A stretch of 62,496 nt of DNA, filler included, from Squatina squatina (Eukaryota), in the NCBI GenBank assembly GCA_031763465.1. It is 3 parts of 3 records of this genome, joined end to end, with 100 filler letters (N's around TTAATTAATTAA, not from the genome) between each part and the next. Parts side by side here need not be neighbours in the genome. Positions count along the whole stretch, not along the records: positions 24,350 to 47,832 come from JARFOE010000004.1; positions 47,933 to 62,496 come from JARFOE010000219.1; 1 more part is not named here. One strand, 5' to 3'. The notes under the pieces are model-generated. The model ran no database searches. It was not told the DNA's origin and saw only the letters and a list, made by a program, of their open reading frames with translations. The first letter of the stretch is position 1; each line of letters opens with the position of its first letter. A program made the translations under genes and the position numbers. Shown here one piece after another: positions 39,901-52,900 of the stretch.

Positions 39901-41606
39901 CAATGTAAATTGCAGCATATAAATTCAACAGTGACATAAATCATGATGGAAGCTGAAAGTGAGTTTAAAAATCAATTACAATGGTATTAACCTGAATAAA
40001 ATAAAATGAAATACAATTACATGGAAATAAAGGAAAGGAAATTAAATTAATTACAATCAATTAATTCTAATATGTTACGTGGTACTTTAGACAGTACTGC
40101 ACATGGATGTTGCTATGAACAGAATTAATTAGCCCAGTGAGATTTCTTCCAATTCTCTCATGTTCTTTGCTTGAAGAGCTGTACAGGTAACTGATATCGT
40201 GGGGCTGACGGGCTTGGTGTTAGGTATTATTCCCCTAATTGGTCATCTGGGCGAATTCTGGGACTGGGCAAATTCGCGACTGAGAAATCCGAAGTCTTCT
40301 GACACAGGCACGGATCAGTGCACATTTCCTGTTCTAAAACCATTAGACCTCGGCCTCACATCCTGCGGCTCAAGATGACGAGTGCCGCAGTCAGCAGTGG
40401 ACGAGTCCTGATGACGCAGTGTGAGTTTCAAAAGTGAATTTAGTTCTTCATACGTCAAACACAAATAACCAATAGGGGCAGCGCTCAGCTGATTCTGTGA
40501 CGTGTCATCAATTATATTCAGGAGCTCGTGCATCTTTCACTCTTTAAAGTTGTTTGCTAAGCAGTTTTAATTTACTTTTGCAGTTCAAGGATATCAGATA
40601 AACCATCATTTATTTTTGCGGCCACTAGATTTTGGACACCAGCGCTTTGCATTGATTTTCTTCCCGTTAATCTAACGCAAAATGCATTGAATTCCGGTGG
40701 AGGTAAGGATCCGTTTAGAATCTTCAATCATTGAGTGGAACGAGTGGCAGATTCCGATGCTAAGGGCACCGTCAGACTCAGAATGGACCTCTGTAATCTT
40801 CCAGTAACAGTCTACAACAACAGAACTCTCTGCACTGTTATACACACACATCCCACTCGATCATCGTGTTCAGGCTTATAGATACACAAAGAAAAGTCAC
40901 TCGAGTTACATCCCACCTTCTGAAGGCATTCTTTCCACCCGATTACGCAAAACATTTGTAATAAACATTTAAATCTGTAACTCTAAGAATTTATGAAAGA
41001 GTTGGTTTCATCGAGAATAACTAAAAGCTGACCACAATCCAAATACTGTCCCTGTCCAACTGACTCTGATAGTACAGAGTCCTGAAGCAACTGGTGGCTG
41101 CTTCAAAAATATCGGTATTTAATCAATTAGTATTCAGAAAATAGGAAACAAGCCAGTAATTCTGTGATTTGACTGAAGTTTCCTCCGCTGTAGTGATATC
41201 TGCTGATTAACAGTGGTGTGTTGTACAGCCACCCAATTGACTCCTCATTACAGTCAATGAAAAGGGATTTCAGACATTGTCTATGACTGGTGCACAGTCC
41301 GCTCCAGCCAGATTAATATCCAGGCTAGAATTGAAAATGATGGTCGCTTCAGAATATTTAGATTCCACAACACCAAAATGGATAGACATCTAACTATACA
41401 GCTTGTGTTTAAAACAGCTTAAATAGAGGAACCTGAATTGCTCCTGACAGCTAGTCCAGGAGATCTGGCAGGAAATAAAGAACTTGGAGTTAAAACTGAT
41501 TATAGTGAATAATTTAAAATCAGGAAATGTGAAAGTCAGTTTGCACAGCAATCCCACACACAGCACTGAGGTAAATTATCAGACAGAGTGAAATTGAGCT
41601 CGGACG

Positions 41607-41690
41607 CCTGTCGCACAACTGGCGGCATCACCTGTCGCAGAACTGGCGGTATCATCTGTTGCAAATCTGGCGGTATCACCTGTTGCACGC
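41607..41690. repeat. 24-bp tandem repeat, about 3.5 copies
   Basis: cctgtcgcacaactggcggcatca / cctgtcgcagaactggcggtatca / tctgttgcaaatctggcggtatca / cctgttgca. Confidence 0.85.
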
Positions 41691-43452
41691 TGTGCCCGAT
41701 ATTCCTTTCCACTGATTTCATACAAGTGAACATCGGGCGTCTGGAACGACGGTGGACAAATGCGATTCTGCATGCTTAGCATTCCCACCCAAGTCCAATT
41801 TGACCCAATAATCTATTGTACGCTCCCAAGCTGCTTGTATTTCTGCTCGTTGAGTGATAAATACTGATGGTGCACACCGGGAGTTCACAGATAGCATCGG
41901 CGCCCCAATCAGGCAAATGTTCTGAACTCTTCACCGAACTCTAATCTCCATTACTTTATCTTACCTTGGACCCTAGCTCATTATAGACTGGTAACATCAG
42001 AGCAATAACAGTAACCACCAGTGCCCCTTTCCCTGTCCCGTTGTATTGTGGGTGGATGATTCTATCACTGGGAGGAAAACAACATTAGCAGGAAAGATAC
42101 AGGCATGCAGTAGGTGGAAGGCACAGCGACAAAAAAAGAACCTGACTGTAGCAGATAAAATGCATGCAAGGCAATCAATTAAAAATTAATTTGAACCAAA
42201 AGAGCCAATAATATCTGTGGCGCCCATCAATCGCAGGTGGTGTGTAAAGATCGAGCAGACACAGTGCTCAGTGTTTAAATGTGTAACCCGGTACACTGTA
42301 TAGAACAATGGAAGCAGTCAGACACAGTCCTCTGACTTTCTTACAAATCCTGCAGTGTGAACGGTGGACTTCACCAGTTGGAGAGACAACCTCTCCTCGA
42401 CATCTTTCAATGTGTAACCCATATACTACGAGATAAATTAATTGACAGCTTCTACCGAGGCACAGGCTGACAAAAGTCTGGTTAATTGGCTCGAATCTTC
42501 ATCTGAAGCCTTTGCACTGATCAGCGTTTTCAAACCCTGGTCCCCAATGGTGCCGGACAGAGTTCCGAATACATCACCTTGCACTGAGGATGCGCGTTCA
42601 ACACCAGTTGGGAAAAAGGGGAGGGGATATTACATGGCACTGTCTGTGCAACAACTCACACAGCGGATTATTCCATTGAGATATCTGAGAGTCCTGATAA
42701 CTGATTCATGCCTGAAAGGAAATAATTATATTTTTTATTTCGAACACAGTTTACAGGGTCGCGAATTCAGAATAGTAACACATAGATTCCACATGATACA
42801 ATTAGTAACAGCAAGTAACAACGTTATTTAATGTTGCTGGGTAGACTTCAACTATTTCTCATTAATCGAGGCATCAAAAAGCAAGGACAGGTAGAATGAG
42901 GCAACCCCAGTTAACATTCAAAAAATTGTGAAACATCGAGAAAATATGAAAAAGACAGTGGCAGCGCTCCTTATTCCCAGGAGAAGGGATGATGCGGCCG
43001 TTCAAGCTGCAAACAGTCCAGGCAACATTTGCAACAAAGCTGCCCGAAAATATAAGAGGAGTGGGAGTTGCAAAAGATAACATTTTCCCTCAAACTGCTG
43101 AATGATCCGGTCAATATATGGTGGAATTGATTACAGTCCTTGCAGCATCAGATATGAAACCCGCTGATCAACTATTATATTCCATCATTAAAGTTCACTT
43201 CATCGCTGACACTTTTCATACTTAAGGGGGAATGAACTTGTTTGAGAGGAGACAATCGGCCAAAGATCTGCGGAAACCCACAGTCCCTGTTGGTATTAAC
43301 TGCTACAAAAGATATCAATATAGTGGCGTAACTGTGAGTTTTCACAAGAACAATCCTTATGTAGCAGTGAGCAGATAGAACACCAGTCTGAGCTGGAACA
43401 CGAGCTATAGCGGAATTCTAATGTCCCAACCGAAGCTCTGGCTCAGCTTTCT

Positions 43453-44357
43453 TTATTTTTTAACCAATCTTAGAATCAGAGTCCAGGGAGATTTCAGCAC
43501 CTTCTTCAGCTCTTCTCTGAATTTCCTCTGAGTCGCTGCATAAATAAACGTGTTTGGACAAGAACTCAAATTTTCCAGCATCGCTGCGGTTTCAGCAGCG
43601 ATATATGCGGGAGTTGTGCGGTCGCCTTGGTAATAAGTCGTGTTTGTCATTCTGGTAGTTAAAAAGTTCACGGCAGTTGTCAACCACAGCAATATAAAAC
43701 TGCCAGATATAACAAAGAGTAAAATAATGGATTTCCTTCGGTTCTCCATCTCTGGATCACTGTGTTTCTCACTGCTCTGATCCCAGAGTCCCCTGCGGAC
43801 TCTGCTGGCAATTAAAATACGTCTGGCAGTGAAAGTATTGAACAAGGCCATTAACGTAAAGGGAAACCCAACGAGCCATATGACATAAAACCAGAGGTAA
43901 GCTATACCTGAAGGTGAGGAAAAAAAAGCGACACTTGAACGGCAGCCCCACTGCACCTTGTTAATTATTTGCTGAGATTCATATGCAAATAAAACTGGGA
44001 TATCCTTTAACAAGATCAGAACAGAGAACATGGTTATAACCACGCCTGCAGTTCTCTCGGTGCAATACTTTGTTTTAAACTTCTGGCAGCAGATAACTAT
44101 AAATCTGTCAAATGTGAAGGAGACGGTGAACCAGACAGACAAATCGAGAGTGACAGAAGCCATATATAGAATAAACTTACATATGGGAGTGTGGGACAAG
44201 AACGAAAGTGGAAAGTGATAACTTAAAATGTAATACAATATTCCATTAAAGATCATGACCAGCAGATCCGCTGTTGCCATGGCCACCATATAGACAGAGA
44301 TACACTTGGAAAGCCCGCAGTTCCCCCGGGAGAGAATCACAATAGTCACCAAGTTCA
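43453..44357 (-). CDS. GPR139/GPR142-like class A GPCR, main coding exon (copy 1)
   Basis: ttttttacag acceptor at 44358, then (V)NLVTIVILSRGNCGLSKC, MATADLL (TM2), FTFDRF (DRY), ECL2 Cys, ENRRKSIILLF, CPNTFIY (NPxxY). ORF intact to the stop. Confidence 0.9.
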
Positions 44358-44893
44358 CTGTAAAAAAGAAAGAGAAGAGAAATAACGTTCCAGTGTCTGT
44401 TTGAAATATATATTGAGATACCTGTTGAGAGCATTTCATTTCATTCAGGGTGATTTTCAACACGGAGCAGTGTGAGAACAGGATTAATATTGGAGCCATG
44501 ATCTGGGAAACCCNNNNNNNNNNNNNNNNNNNNNNNNNNNNNNNNNNNNNNNNNNNNNNNNNNNNNNNNNNNNNNNNNNNNNNNNNNNNNNNNNNNNNNN
44601 NNNNNNNNNNNNNTTATATTCCATCATTAAAGTTCACTTCATCGCTGACACTTTTCATACTTAAGGGGGAATGAACTTGTTTGAGAGGAGTCAATCGGCC
44701 AAAGATCTGCAGACACCCCCATTCCATGTTGGTATTAACTACTACTAAATGGTGTCAATTATAGTGGCGTACCTGTGAGTTTTCACAAGAACAATCCTTA
44801 TTTAGCGATTAGCAGATAGAACCCCAGTCTGAGCTGGAACACGAGCTATAGCGGAATTCTAATGTCCCAACCTAAGCTCTAATTCGGCTTTCT

Positions 44894-45771
44894 TTATTTT
44901 TCAACCAGTCTTAGAATCAGTGTCCAGGGAGATTTCGGCAACTTCTTCAACTCTGCTCTGAATTTCCTCTGGGTCGCTGCATAAATAAACGTGTTTGGAC
45001 AGGAGCTCAAATTTTTCAGCATTGCTGCGGTTTCAGTGGCGATATATGCTGGGAACGTGAGGTCGCCTTGGTAATAATTGGGGTTTGTCATTCTGGAAGT
45101 TAAAAAATTCACGGCAGTTGTCAACCACAACAATATAAAACTGCCCGATATAACGAAGAGCAATATGATGGATTTCCTTCGGTTCTCCATCTCTGGATCA
45201 CTGTGTTTCTCACTGCTCTGACCCCGGAGTCCCCTGCGGGCTCTGCTGGCCATTAAAATACGGCTGACAGTGACAGTATTAAACAAGGCCATTGAAGTAA
45301 AGGGAAGCCAAACGAGCCATATAACATAAAACCAGAGATAGGCTACCCATGGAGGTGAAGAAAAAAAAGCTACACTTGACCGGCAGGCCCACGCCACATT
45401 TTTAATTACTTCTTGAGATTCATATGCAAACAAAACTGGGATATTCTTCAACAAGATCAGAACAGAGAATGTTGTTATAACCGTGGCCGCAGTTCTCGCG
45501 GTGCAATACTTTGTTTTAAACTTCTGGCAGCAGATAGCTACAAATCGGTCAAATGTGAAGGAGATGGTGAACCAAACAGAGAGATCGAGGGTGACAGCAA
45601 TCATATAGAGATGGAACTTACACACGGGAGTGTGGGACAGGAATGAAAGTGGAAAGTGATAACTTAAAATATAATACAATATTACACCAAAGATTATGAC
45701 CAGTAGATCTGCTGTTGCCATGGCCACCATGTAGACAGAGATACACTTGGAAAGGCCGCAGTTTCCTCGGG
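44894..45771 (-). CDS. GPR139/GPR142-like class A GPCR, main coding exon (copy 2, 5' end lost in a gap)
   Basis: Paralog of copy 1 with the same motifs and an intact ORF. The 3' flank 44616-44893 is also duplicated (matches 43178-43452). Confidence 0.9.
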
Positions 45772-45945
45772 ANNNNNNNNNNNNNNNNNNNNNNNNNNNN
45801 NNNNNNNNNNNNNNNNNNNNNNNNNNNNNNNNNNNNNNNNNNNNNNNNNNNNNNNNNNNNNNNNNNNNNNNNTTTAATATCCTGTATGAACAAATTGATT
45901 TGGGGCCTGTCGATGACATACTGAGTTGATTAGCTCCCACCTGCC

Positions 45946-46184
45946 TAGGGTGACCAAATTTTGGGAAGGTTAAGCCGGGACAAAACTTACCTGCCTGCTG
46001 CATCGAGAGACTGCGCATGCGCAGTGCGGGCTCCTCCGAGGCTGCGCATGCGCAGTCGGGTCTCCGTCCTGACTGAAAAAAAATCCGGGACATTTGAGGC
46101 TTTTTGAAAGAATTGTTGGGGCACCAGGACATTTGAGTAAAAACCGGGACTGTACTGGCAAAACCGGGACGTCTGGTCACCCTG
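45946..46184. mobile_element. Non-autonomous hAT (Blackjack-like) MITE
   Basis: TIRs TAGGGTGACCA / TGGTCACCCTG, repeated subterminal CCGGGAC motifs, and 8-bp flanks CACCTGCC / CGCCAGCC (6 of 8 identical, a decayed TSD). Confidence 0.75.
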
Positions 46185-47236
46185 CGCCAGCCCTCCCCAC
46201 AGATCAGGGCCAATTCTTCCAGGCTGAGTTGAAACAAAAGGAAATGTCTTGTGATTTATTTACTGTGCCTTTCGACCCATTTTGCTTGCTGATTTTATGT
46301 GGGTTTTTTGTGCCTTCTTTCTCCCCTTCCCCCTCCTCCCCTTTGACTTTAGGCTACTTGGCGGTTTTACTCCACGGATGGCAGCCGCAGGTACCTGGGG
46401 GCCACCTGGCGATTCTATGAGAGTATCCTATCTCCACTCAGGCATGTATCCAGANNNNNNNNNNNNNNNNNNNNNNNNNNNNNNNNNNNNNNNNNNNNNN
46501 NNNNNNNNNNNNNNNNNNNNNNNNNNNNNNNNNNNNNNNNNNNNNNNNNNNNNNGGTCTGGACTGATTAAGACCATTGTTACTTATAGCGCGCAAGTGTC
46601 AAAGTTGCATCTCCAGGCTTCTGTGCTGTTTGTCAAACCCTATTATTTTCTCCAGGTGATGGTTCCTGTTTACATCAGAAGTATTTTTCAGCTACCTGTG
46701 AGTTACAAAGATCAGTGTGTCTGTTACAGGGCAAAGACACTCATTTCCTTTCAAAATCTTTTATAGAACATTTAATATCATTTTGAAAGTTAATTTCTGG
46801 GTGAATTGCTGATAACTGACTTCTTTTACTTTAAAATTGCAAATTAGTTTCAGGTTGTTCTGAGAACTTTTTCTTTGTTGAGAAAAGTGTGAGAACAATC
46901 TGTTTGTTGATGGTGATAGAGTGCCAGAGCAGGAAGTGGATGCGATCTTAAAGCCAAATGTGCTGTAAGGTGCAAAGTGATTTAAGTGATGGGACTTTTT
47001 TTGAAGCAGGTGCAATTTTTGGCAAACTGTTTTCTGATAGAATGAGATGTTATTGCCTCACTAAAGCAATGAACACTTACTGTAGATTGCTTTGTATATC
47101 GTTTTGTTAATCTATGTATAAGAGATGCTGATATTTTTACTGATTAGTTGTATGACAACATGTTGGAACAGCAGCCCAGCTGGTAGATCCAGATGCTGCC
47201 TTGAAGCACAATTTGCTGAGCAATTAATCATGTTAT

Positions 47237-47832
47237 AGAAACATAGAATATTACAGCACTGAAGGCATCCATTCGGCCCATTGTGCCTTCTGTTTGACAG
47301 AGCTATCCAATTAGTCCCACTCCCCTGCTCTTTCCCTATAGCCCTGTAAATGATTTCCCTTCAAGTATTTATCCAGTTCCCTTATTAAAGTTTTTATTGA
47401 ATCTACTTACACCACCCTTTCGGGCACATTCCAGATCACAAAAACTCACTGCATTAAAAAAAAGTCACCTCACCTCGCCTCTGCTTATTTTGATAATTAC
47501 CTTAAAACTGTGTCCTCTGGTTACTGACCCTTCAGCAGTGGAAACAGTTTCTCCCAATCTACTCCATCAAAACCATGCATAATTTTGAACACCTGTATTC
47601 AATCTTCCCTTAACCTTCTCTGCTCTATGGAGAACAATCCCAGCTTCTCTACTCTGCCCACATAACTAAAGTCCTTCATCCCTGGTACCATTCCATTAAA
47701 TCTCCTCTGCACCCTCTCCAAGGCCTTGACAGTCTTCCTAAAGTGTGGTGCCCAGAATTGAACACAATACTCCAGCTGAGGCCACACAACTGATTTATAA
47801 ATGTTTAGCTTAATTTCCTTGTATTTGTACCC
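47237..47832 (-). mobile_element. CR1 LINE 3' end
   Basis: PQLEYCVQFWAPHFRKTVKALERVQRRF, with a tail ending at tagaaacatagaa. Confidence 0.85.
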
Positions 47833-47932
47833 NNNNNNNNNNNNNNNNNNNNNNNNNNNNNNNNNNNNNNNNNNNNTTAATTAATTAANNNNNNNNNNNN
47901 NNNNNNNNNNNNNNNNNNNNNNNNNNNNNNNN
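47833..47932. other. Artificial scaffold-joining spacer
   Basis: 44 N + TTAATTAATTAA + 44 N, identical to 24250-24349. Confidence 0.95.
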
Positions 47933-49256
47933 GGGGGGTGGAATCACCGACAGGTTATTCAGGTACGGAGACAAAAACAACTAATGGTCCGGACTCGACA
48001 GGATGTAGAAGGTAAAAAGGTAAGAGCTGTAAATTAATACCACGATTCGTGAACTCTGGGGGGAAGAGAGGCATCTGGAAAAAATTCGTCATATGTGAGT
48101 TGTGTCAGAGTTCATCTCTAATTCATTTGTGAGGTAAACCAAAGATATTTCATTGTTTTTTCAAATCAGGAAATAATATAATCGTAATTGAAGTCAAACA
48201 TGATATGCATTATTTCTATACTAATGCAAGCCAGATTTATGTAGTTGTTTTCCATGATGTTGGAACACATAAAACCTGTACTATGCAGTATTAAATTATA
48301 TATGTAATGTTTTCTGAAAAGTGCAGTTGCCATTGAGAACATTTCAATCCACACAATAAACTGTACATTCATCTATATGCATACGGCATTGAAACTAATA
48401 TATAGCTTCCTAACAAATCTAGTGTAAACTTTAAGGAATAATTACGTCTGGGAATTTGTAAAGTGGAAGGCTGAGTTACTGCTGAAGTCGGACTGCTCTC
48501 AGGTAACTTTCTCTTCTTTCTGTGTTTTATACAATTAAACAAAGGAAGTGATTATTTCCGGTGCGATATTCTGTGACAAATCCTTCAGATTTCTGCACTT
48601 ACCTCACGCTCGGTGATTTGCTGCCTGAGTAGCTCAACTTTGGTTAAGTGTATATGCTGGTTTCTGGGGTATCTGAGTGCTAATAAATCACTTGGTGTAA
48701 CAAATAACATCTCCTATTTAAAATTACGTTCCAAAGGTCACATAGGAGCAGGTATTTTGTACAGTCACCATTTCAGTGGCATTTTAAAGATCTGGCCATG
48801 ATGAGTTGCGGACACAGTCTACAAATATTTCCTCCCATAACATTGATGATTAATTGACAATTCAAATGAATGCTTTTCCCATTGAAACAAAGAGGAAATA
48901 ATCAGCACAGTAAGTGACGGCAGTATTTGGAGGCAGTAGAAGTTCTTACTCAGATAAAGAGATGGATATGGGTCCCTCTCTCTTTTAAAGACTCACAGTG
49001 ATCCGGTGGAGAAGTTTTGTGTGAATTGCTCTTGGAATAACTAACCGAGCCTGCACTGCAAAGCAATTGTACAGAAGTGGATTATATAGTGCCATGTTAG
49101 CCGATTCCATGGTAGATTTTCCCTNNNNNNNNNNNNNNNNNNNNNNNNNNNNNNNNNNNNNNNNNNNNNNNNNNNNNNNNNNNNNNNNNNNNNNNNNNNN
49201 NNNNNNNNNNNNNNNNNNNNNNNNACAGAAAATTCTGGCCAGTGTTCTGTGAGGAT

Positions 49257-49993
49257 GGCTCTGAAATTCCAATCCGAACCTTTCCGCAGGCGCAGGCCTG
49301 TGACCGGAAAGATTTTTACGAATGCACCTGGTGGCTCACAGCCTTGCATTCCTGGGTCTTTGTGTGAATTCTAGCATAGAGGCCCAGGTATCCTAGCACC
49401 GTATGCGGTTCGCAAACACTGCTCGGAGGCCTCAACCAATCAAGGTAGGGGTATCTCCACTCCTATTTCTGCTGATCTACCACTCTACAGAGATCAACAG
49501 AAGTGTGAATGGAGATTGTAAAAAACTTGCAAGCATTTCACAATAAATTTAAAAAGCACCTCAAATATTAAAATTAATTAAAATAACCTGTACTATATAA
49601 TTAAATATTTTACACAAAAATGTATTTTTTTGATCATTTTTAGAAAACATTTTAAAGTGTCTAAAAGATACCTACCTTACTGGACTGGGCTTTTAATAAA
49701 TAAATAAGTATTTGAATTCTATTTTTAAATTTTTTAAACCTCTTATGCTGCTACGAGCAGGCCGGTATGCTTGCTTTTAGCAGCATAACAATTTGCAGGG
49801 CTTTCCTTGGGCAAAGGAGGCCCTTTTCCTGGTAATGCATTGGATCTGTCCAGGAAAATCTTGACAGATCACAACTGTCGGGTTTAGGCGCGTGCGATTC
49901 GCAGCCCTAAACCCGGAATTTGCAGGGTCCCTACTGGTGCATGAGAACTTCTCGTGCACCCGGAAGGACCCGTCGGGACCAGAAATTCTGGCT
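49257..49993. mobile_element. Non-autonomous DNA-transposon-like element (possibly PIF/Harbinger-type MITE)
   Basis: Imperfect inverted ends ggctctgaaatt ... aaattctggctc, GC-rich arms around an AT-rich centre, and homology to 24704-25020. Confidence 0.5.
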
Positions 49994-52900
49994 CAATGTC
50001 TACAAGACACTGTTCCCTGAACCTCAGATTTGTACTGGCAACATGGTATGGCTTCAACTTCATGTATCTCAGATATTATCTGTGATGCTACATCAATGAT
50101 GAAATCTTAAGGACAAATGCTCTATTGTTGCTGCTTGCTGGCATAACATTCAGGTTGTACGTGGGAGTTAGGTGAAAAGACATTTAATCATCTCCAAGAT
50201 CTCTGAGGGGAACAGAGGAGGAGTGAGGAAAAACAGTCTGTTATTGGAGAAATGGGAATACAACGTTATGAAATGCAAACATTCTGGAACAAAGTTGAAA
50301 AAGATATAAATAAATATTGAAAATAATAATTCACAATGCCCCCTGGGCTTGAAAGATATTCATGTCTATTTTGCCGAAGATATATGTGAAGAGGAGGCAT
50401 GAAAAAGGATAGCCAGATTTTTTCCAGAGTTTACATATTTGGTTAAATTTCATGTTTGGGTTATTCTTATGGTCAAATAGCCCGTTGCATTACATACATA
50501 GATAAAGTGCACAGCACAGAAACAGGCCATTCGGCCAACTGTTACATGCCAGTTTTTAAGCTCCACATGAATAGTAGCCACTTGGGTGACATATCAGAAT
50601 ACCAGCATTGACATCAGAAGATGGGAGAAAAACTAGAGAAATACATGGGTTCAGGTCTAGGATAGGGGGAGTTGGTGGGCAGTACATCTTATTAGAGTGT
50701 TATCTGTGAAACCGATTCCATTTTAAAAAGAGACAAATACAAATTTGAGAGACTTCGGATATAGTTTAACTTTGCAAGTTGTCGATGCTTCCGATCTACA
50801 TTCATCAATGTCCTTCATTCTAACTTTGTAATTACTTCCTTGGTGAAGAGTTGGCAGTGAAGGTAGATTTTCTGCCTTGGTCTGTTCCTGGGGCAAGTGT
50901 GGGCAGGGGTAGAATACCTTGGGTATAAAGCACACCTGCCTCCCATCCTTCCTCTTTTTCCAACTCTCTGAATGCCAGATGGATACACTGAGGAAATCCC
51001 AATCTGCAGTGGTTGCTGCAGAAAACTGGTAGGCTGAGACAAGGAGGGTATCAAAAAAAGAAAAAACATGCAAAAAGGGCTGATCAAAAGAAAAAAAAAA
51101 CCAATGAAAGAGTAGCAAAAATACTTCAAAGGGTTGTAATAAATGAACTGCTAATGGAACAGCAATAACAGTGCAACGGGGTCAGATTTCCCAAAGTTCC
51201 TCCCAATCTCTGCCATAAGTTTGGTGGAAGTTTGGCAGAAACCTCATGACAAATTTCTCTNNNNNNNNNNNNNNNNNNNNNNNNNNNNNNNNNNNNNNNN
51301 NNNNNNNNNNNNNNNNNNNNNNNNNNNNNNNNNNNNNNNNNNNNNNNNNNNNNNNNNNNNCGGTGTAGAGCGGGCTGCTGATGCACTCTCAGAGCCCAAA
51401 ATCTTGGTCCTATTAAGTTAATTCCAAAATGAGAGAGTAAATGAGCCTGAATTGTTATCGTTGGATGACATATTTGCTTTCCCAATGTGCAGGGATGCAC
51501 ACAAGATGCACACAAAGATATCCATGTGACTCCTGGTGGTAAGATGAAGAATAGCAAAGATGCTGTATTTTCAAACCACACTAAAGATACAGATCTCTGG
51601 CACAGTTTATACAAGATTACACCAGTTTTTGGAAATCATGGCATTTTCCTAAAAATGTATTCATTGAAATAAATCCATGCCTGTTGGAAATCAGAAATAT
51701 CAACAAGCCCAGATAGCTTCTGTAAGAGGAAGGTAGGTGTTTATTTTGTGTACGACCTTTCATCGTGGATGCCAACCAACTTTTCTCTTTCATATTTGAC
51801 GAGCATGCCGTGCATTTGCAGCATTTTCTATTTTCCTGCACAGTCTATCTGTGCCACTGATGGCAAATGAACAAGGCATGGTTTACTTCATTATCCCTTC
51901 ATGTTAGAGCCAGAGAAAGAATGAGGTTTTGGTTTCATGTTTATTATGAACATTAAAGGTGATATTGTAGTCAAAACTGGTTGGCACAATGGGCTAGCAG
52001 ACTCTCCTTTATTCCTTTCATCTCCAAGTGTAGCTCACAATCCAGCTCGACAAATAGGATGAAAGTCCCCCTCTCTCTCAACCGAATGAGACTGAACTGG
52101 TGGTTCTGTAATAGAGATCCCATTAAATATTCATATTTTGAGCATCACAGTGCCATTGTCAGAGCCTATATTAACGTTGTTAGTGCCAGCACTAATTTCA
52201 GCACCGATATCTACAGTGTCTGTGCTTTAGTAAGCCTTTTAAGTACCCACATGACTTTCAACACCATATTTTTGTTTTCTGTATTTCAGTGACTGCATAA
52301 ACACAGCAAGTGCCAGCTTGAGCCTTAATGCCAAGGTGGCAATATTTCAGAGCTTGTCTAAACACTGNNNNNNNNNNNNNNNNNNNNNNNNNNNNNNNNN
52401 NNNNNNNNNNNNNNNNNNNNNNNNNNNNNNNNNNNNNNNNNNNNNNNNNNNNNNNNNNNNNNNNNNNTAAGCAAGGCGAAATCGGAAGGAAAGATGAACA
52501 CTGCCTTCCTAGCATCATGGTTTACCTCATGCCTGTGTTTCATGGTGCTGTTCCATCAAACAGAAAATAGATTTGCACACATGAAGTACAGTAGGTCTTG
52601 TTACGACCAGAAAAGCCCTGCAGCTGTACCAACTATCTGAAGTGACGCCACACATACACACATTACAAAGCACTTCTCACAGTTAACAGTAGGCCTCACA
52701 AGCAGTTGCCGCTAGGTTATAGGGTTTCAGCGCTGTACACTGTTACATACATGGAATACTTCTCATAATCTCACAGTGTGGGGTAGGATGTTTCATCCCA
52801 CTGATGTTAGGCAGACAGAGACATGAAGTAATAAACTATTCACAGCCAGTGCTTGATTATGTGTCGTGTGAGTAGCTCAATCATGAGAATTTGCTTTCTA

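Noticed and set aside
44358-44499. N-terminal extension of GPCR copy 1, and 45872-46237 of copy 2
   Set aside because: Intronic read-through upstream of the acceptor for copy 1. For copy 2 the ORF crosses an N gap into a MITE.
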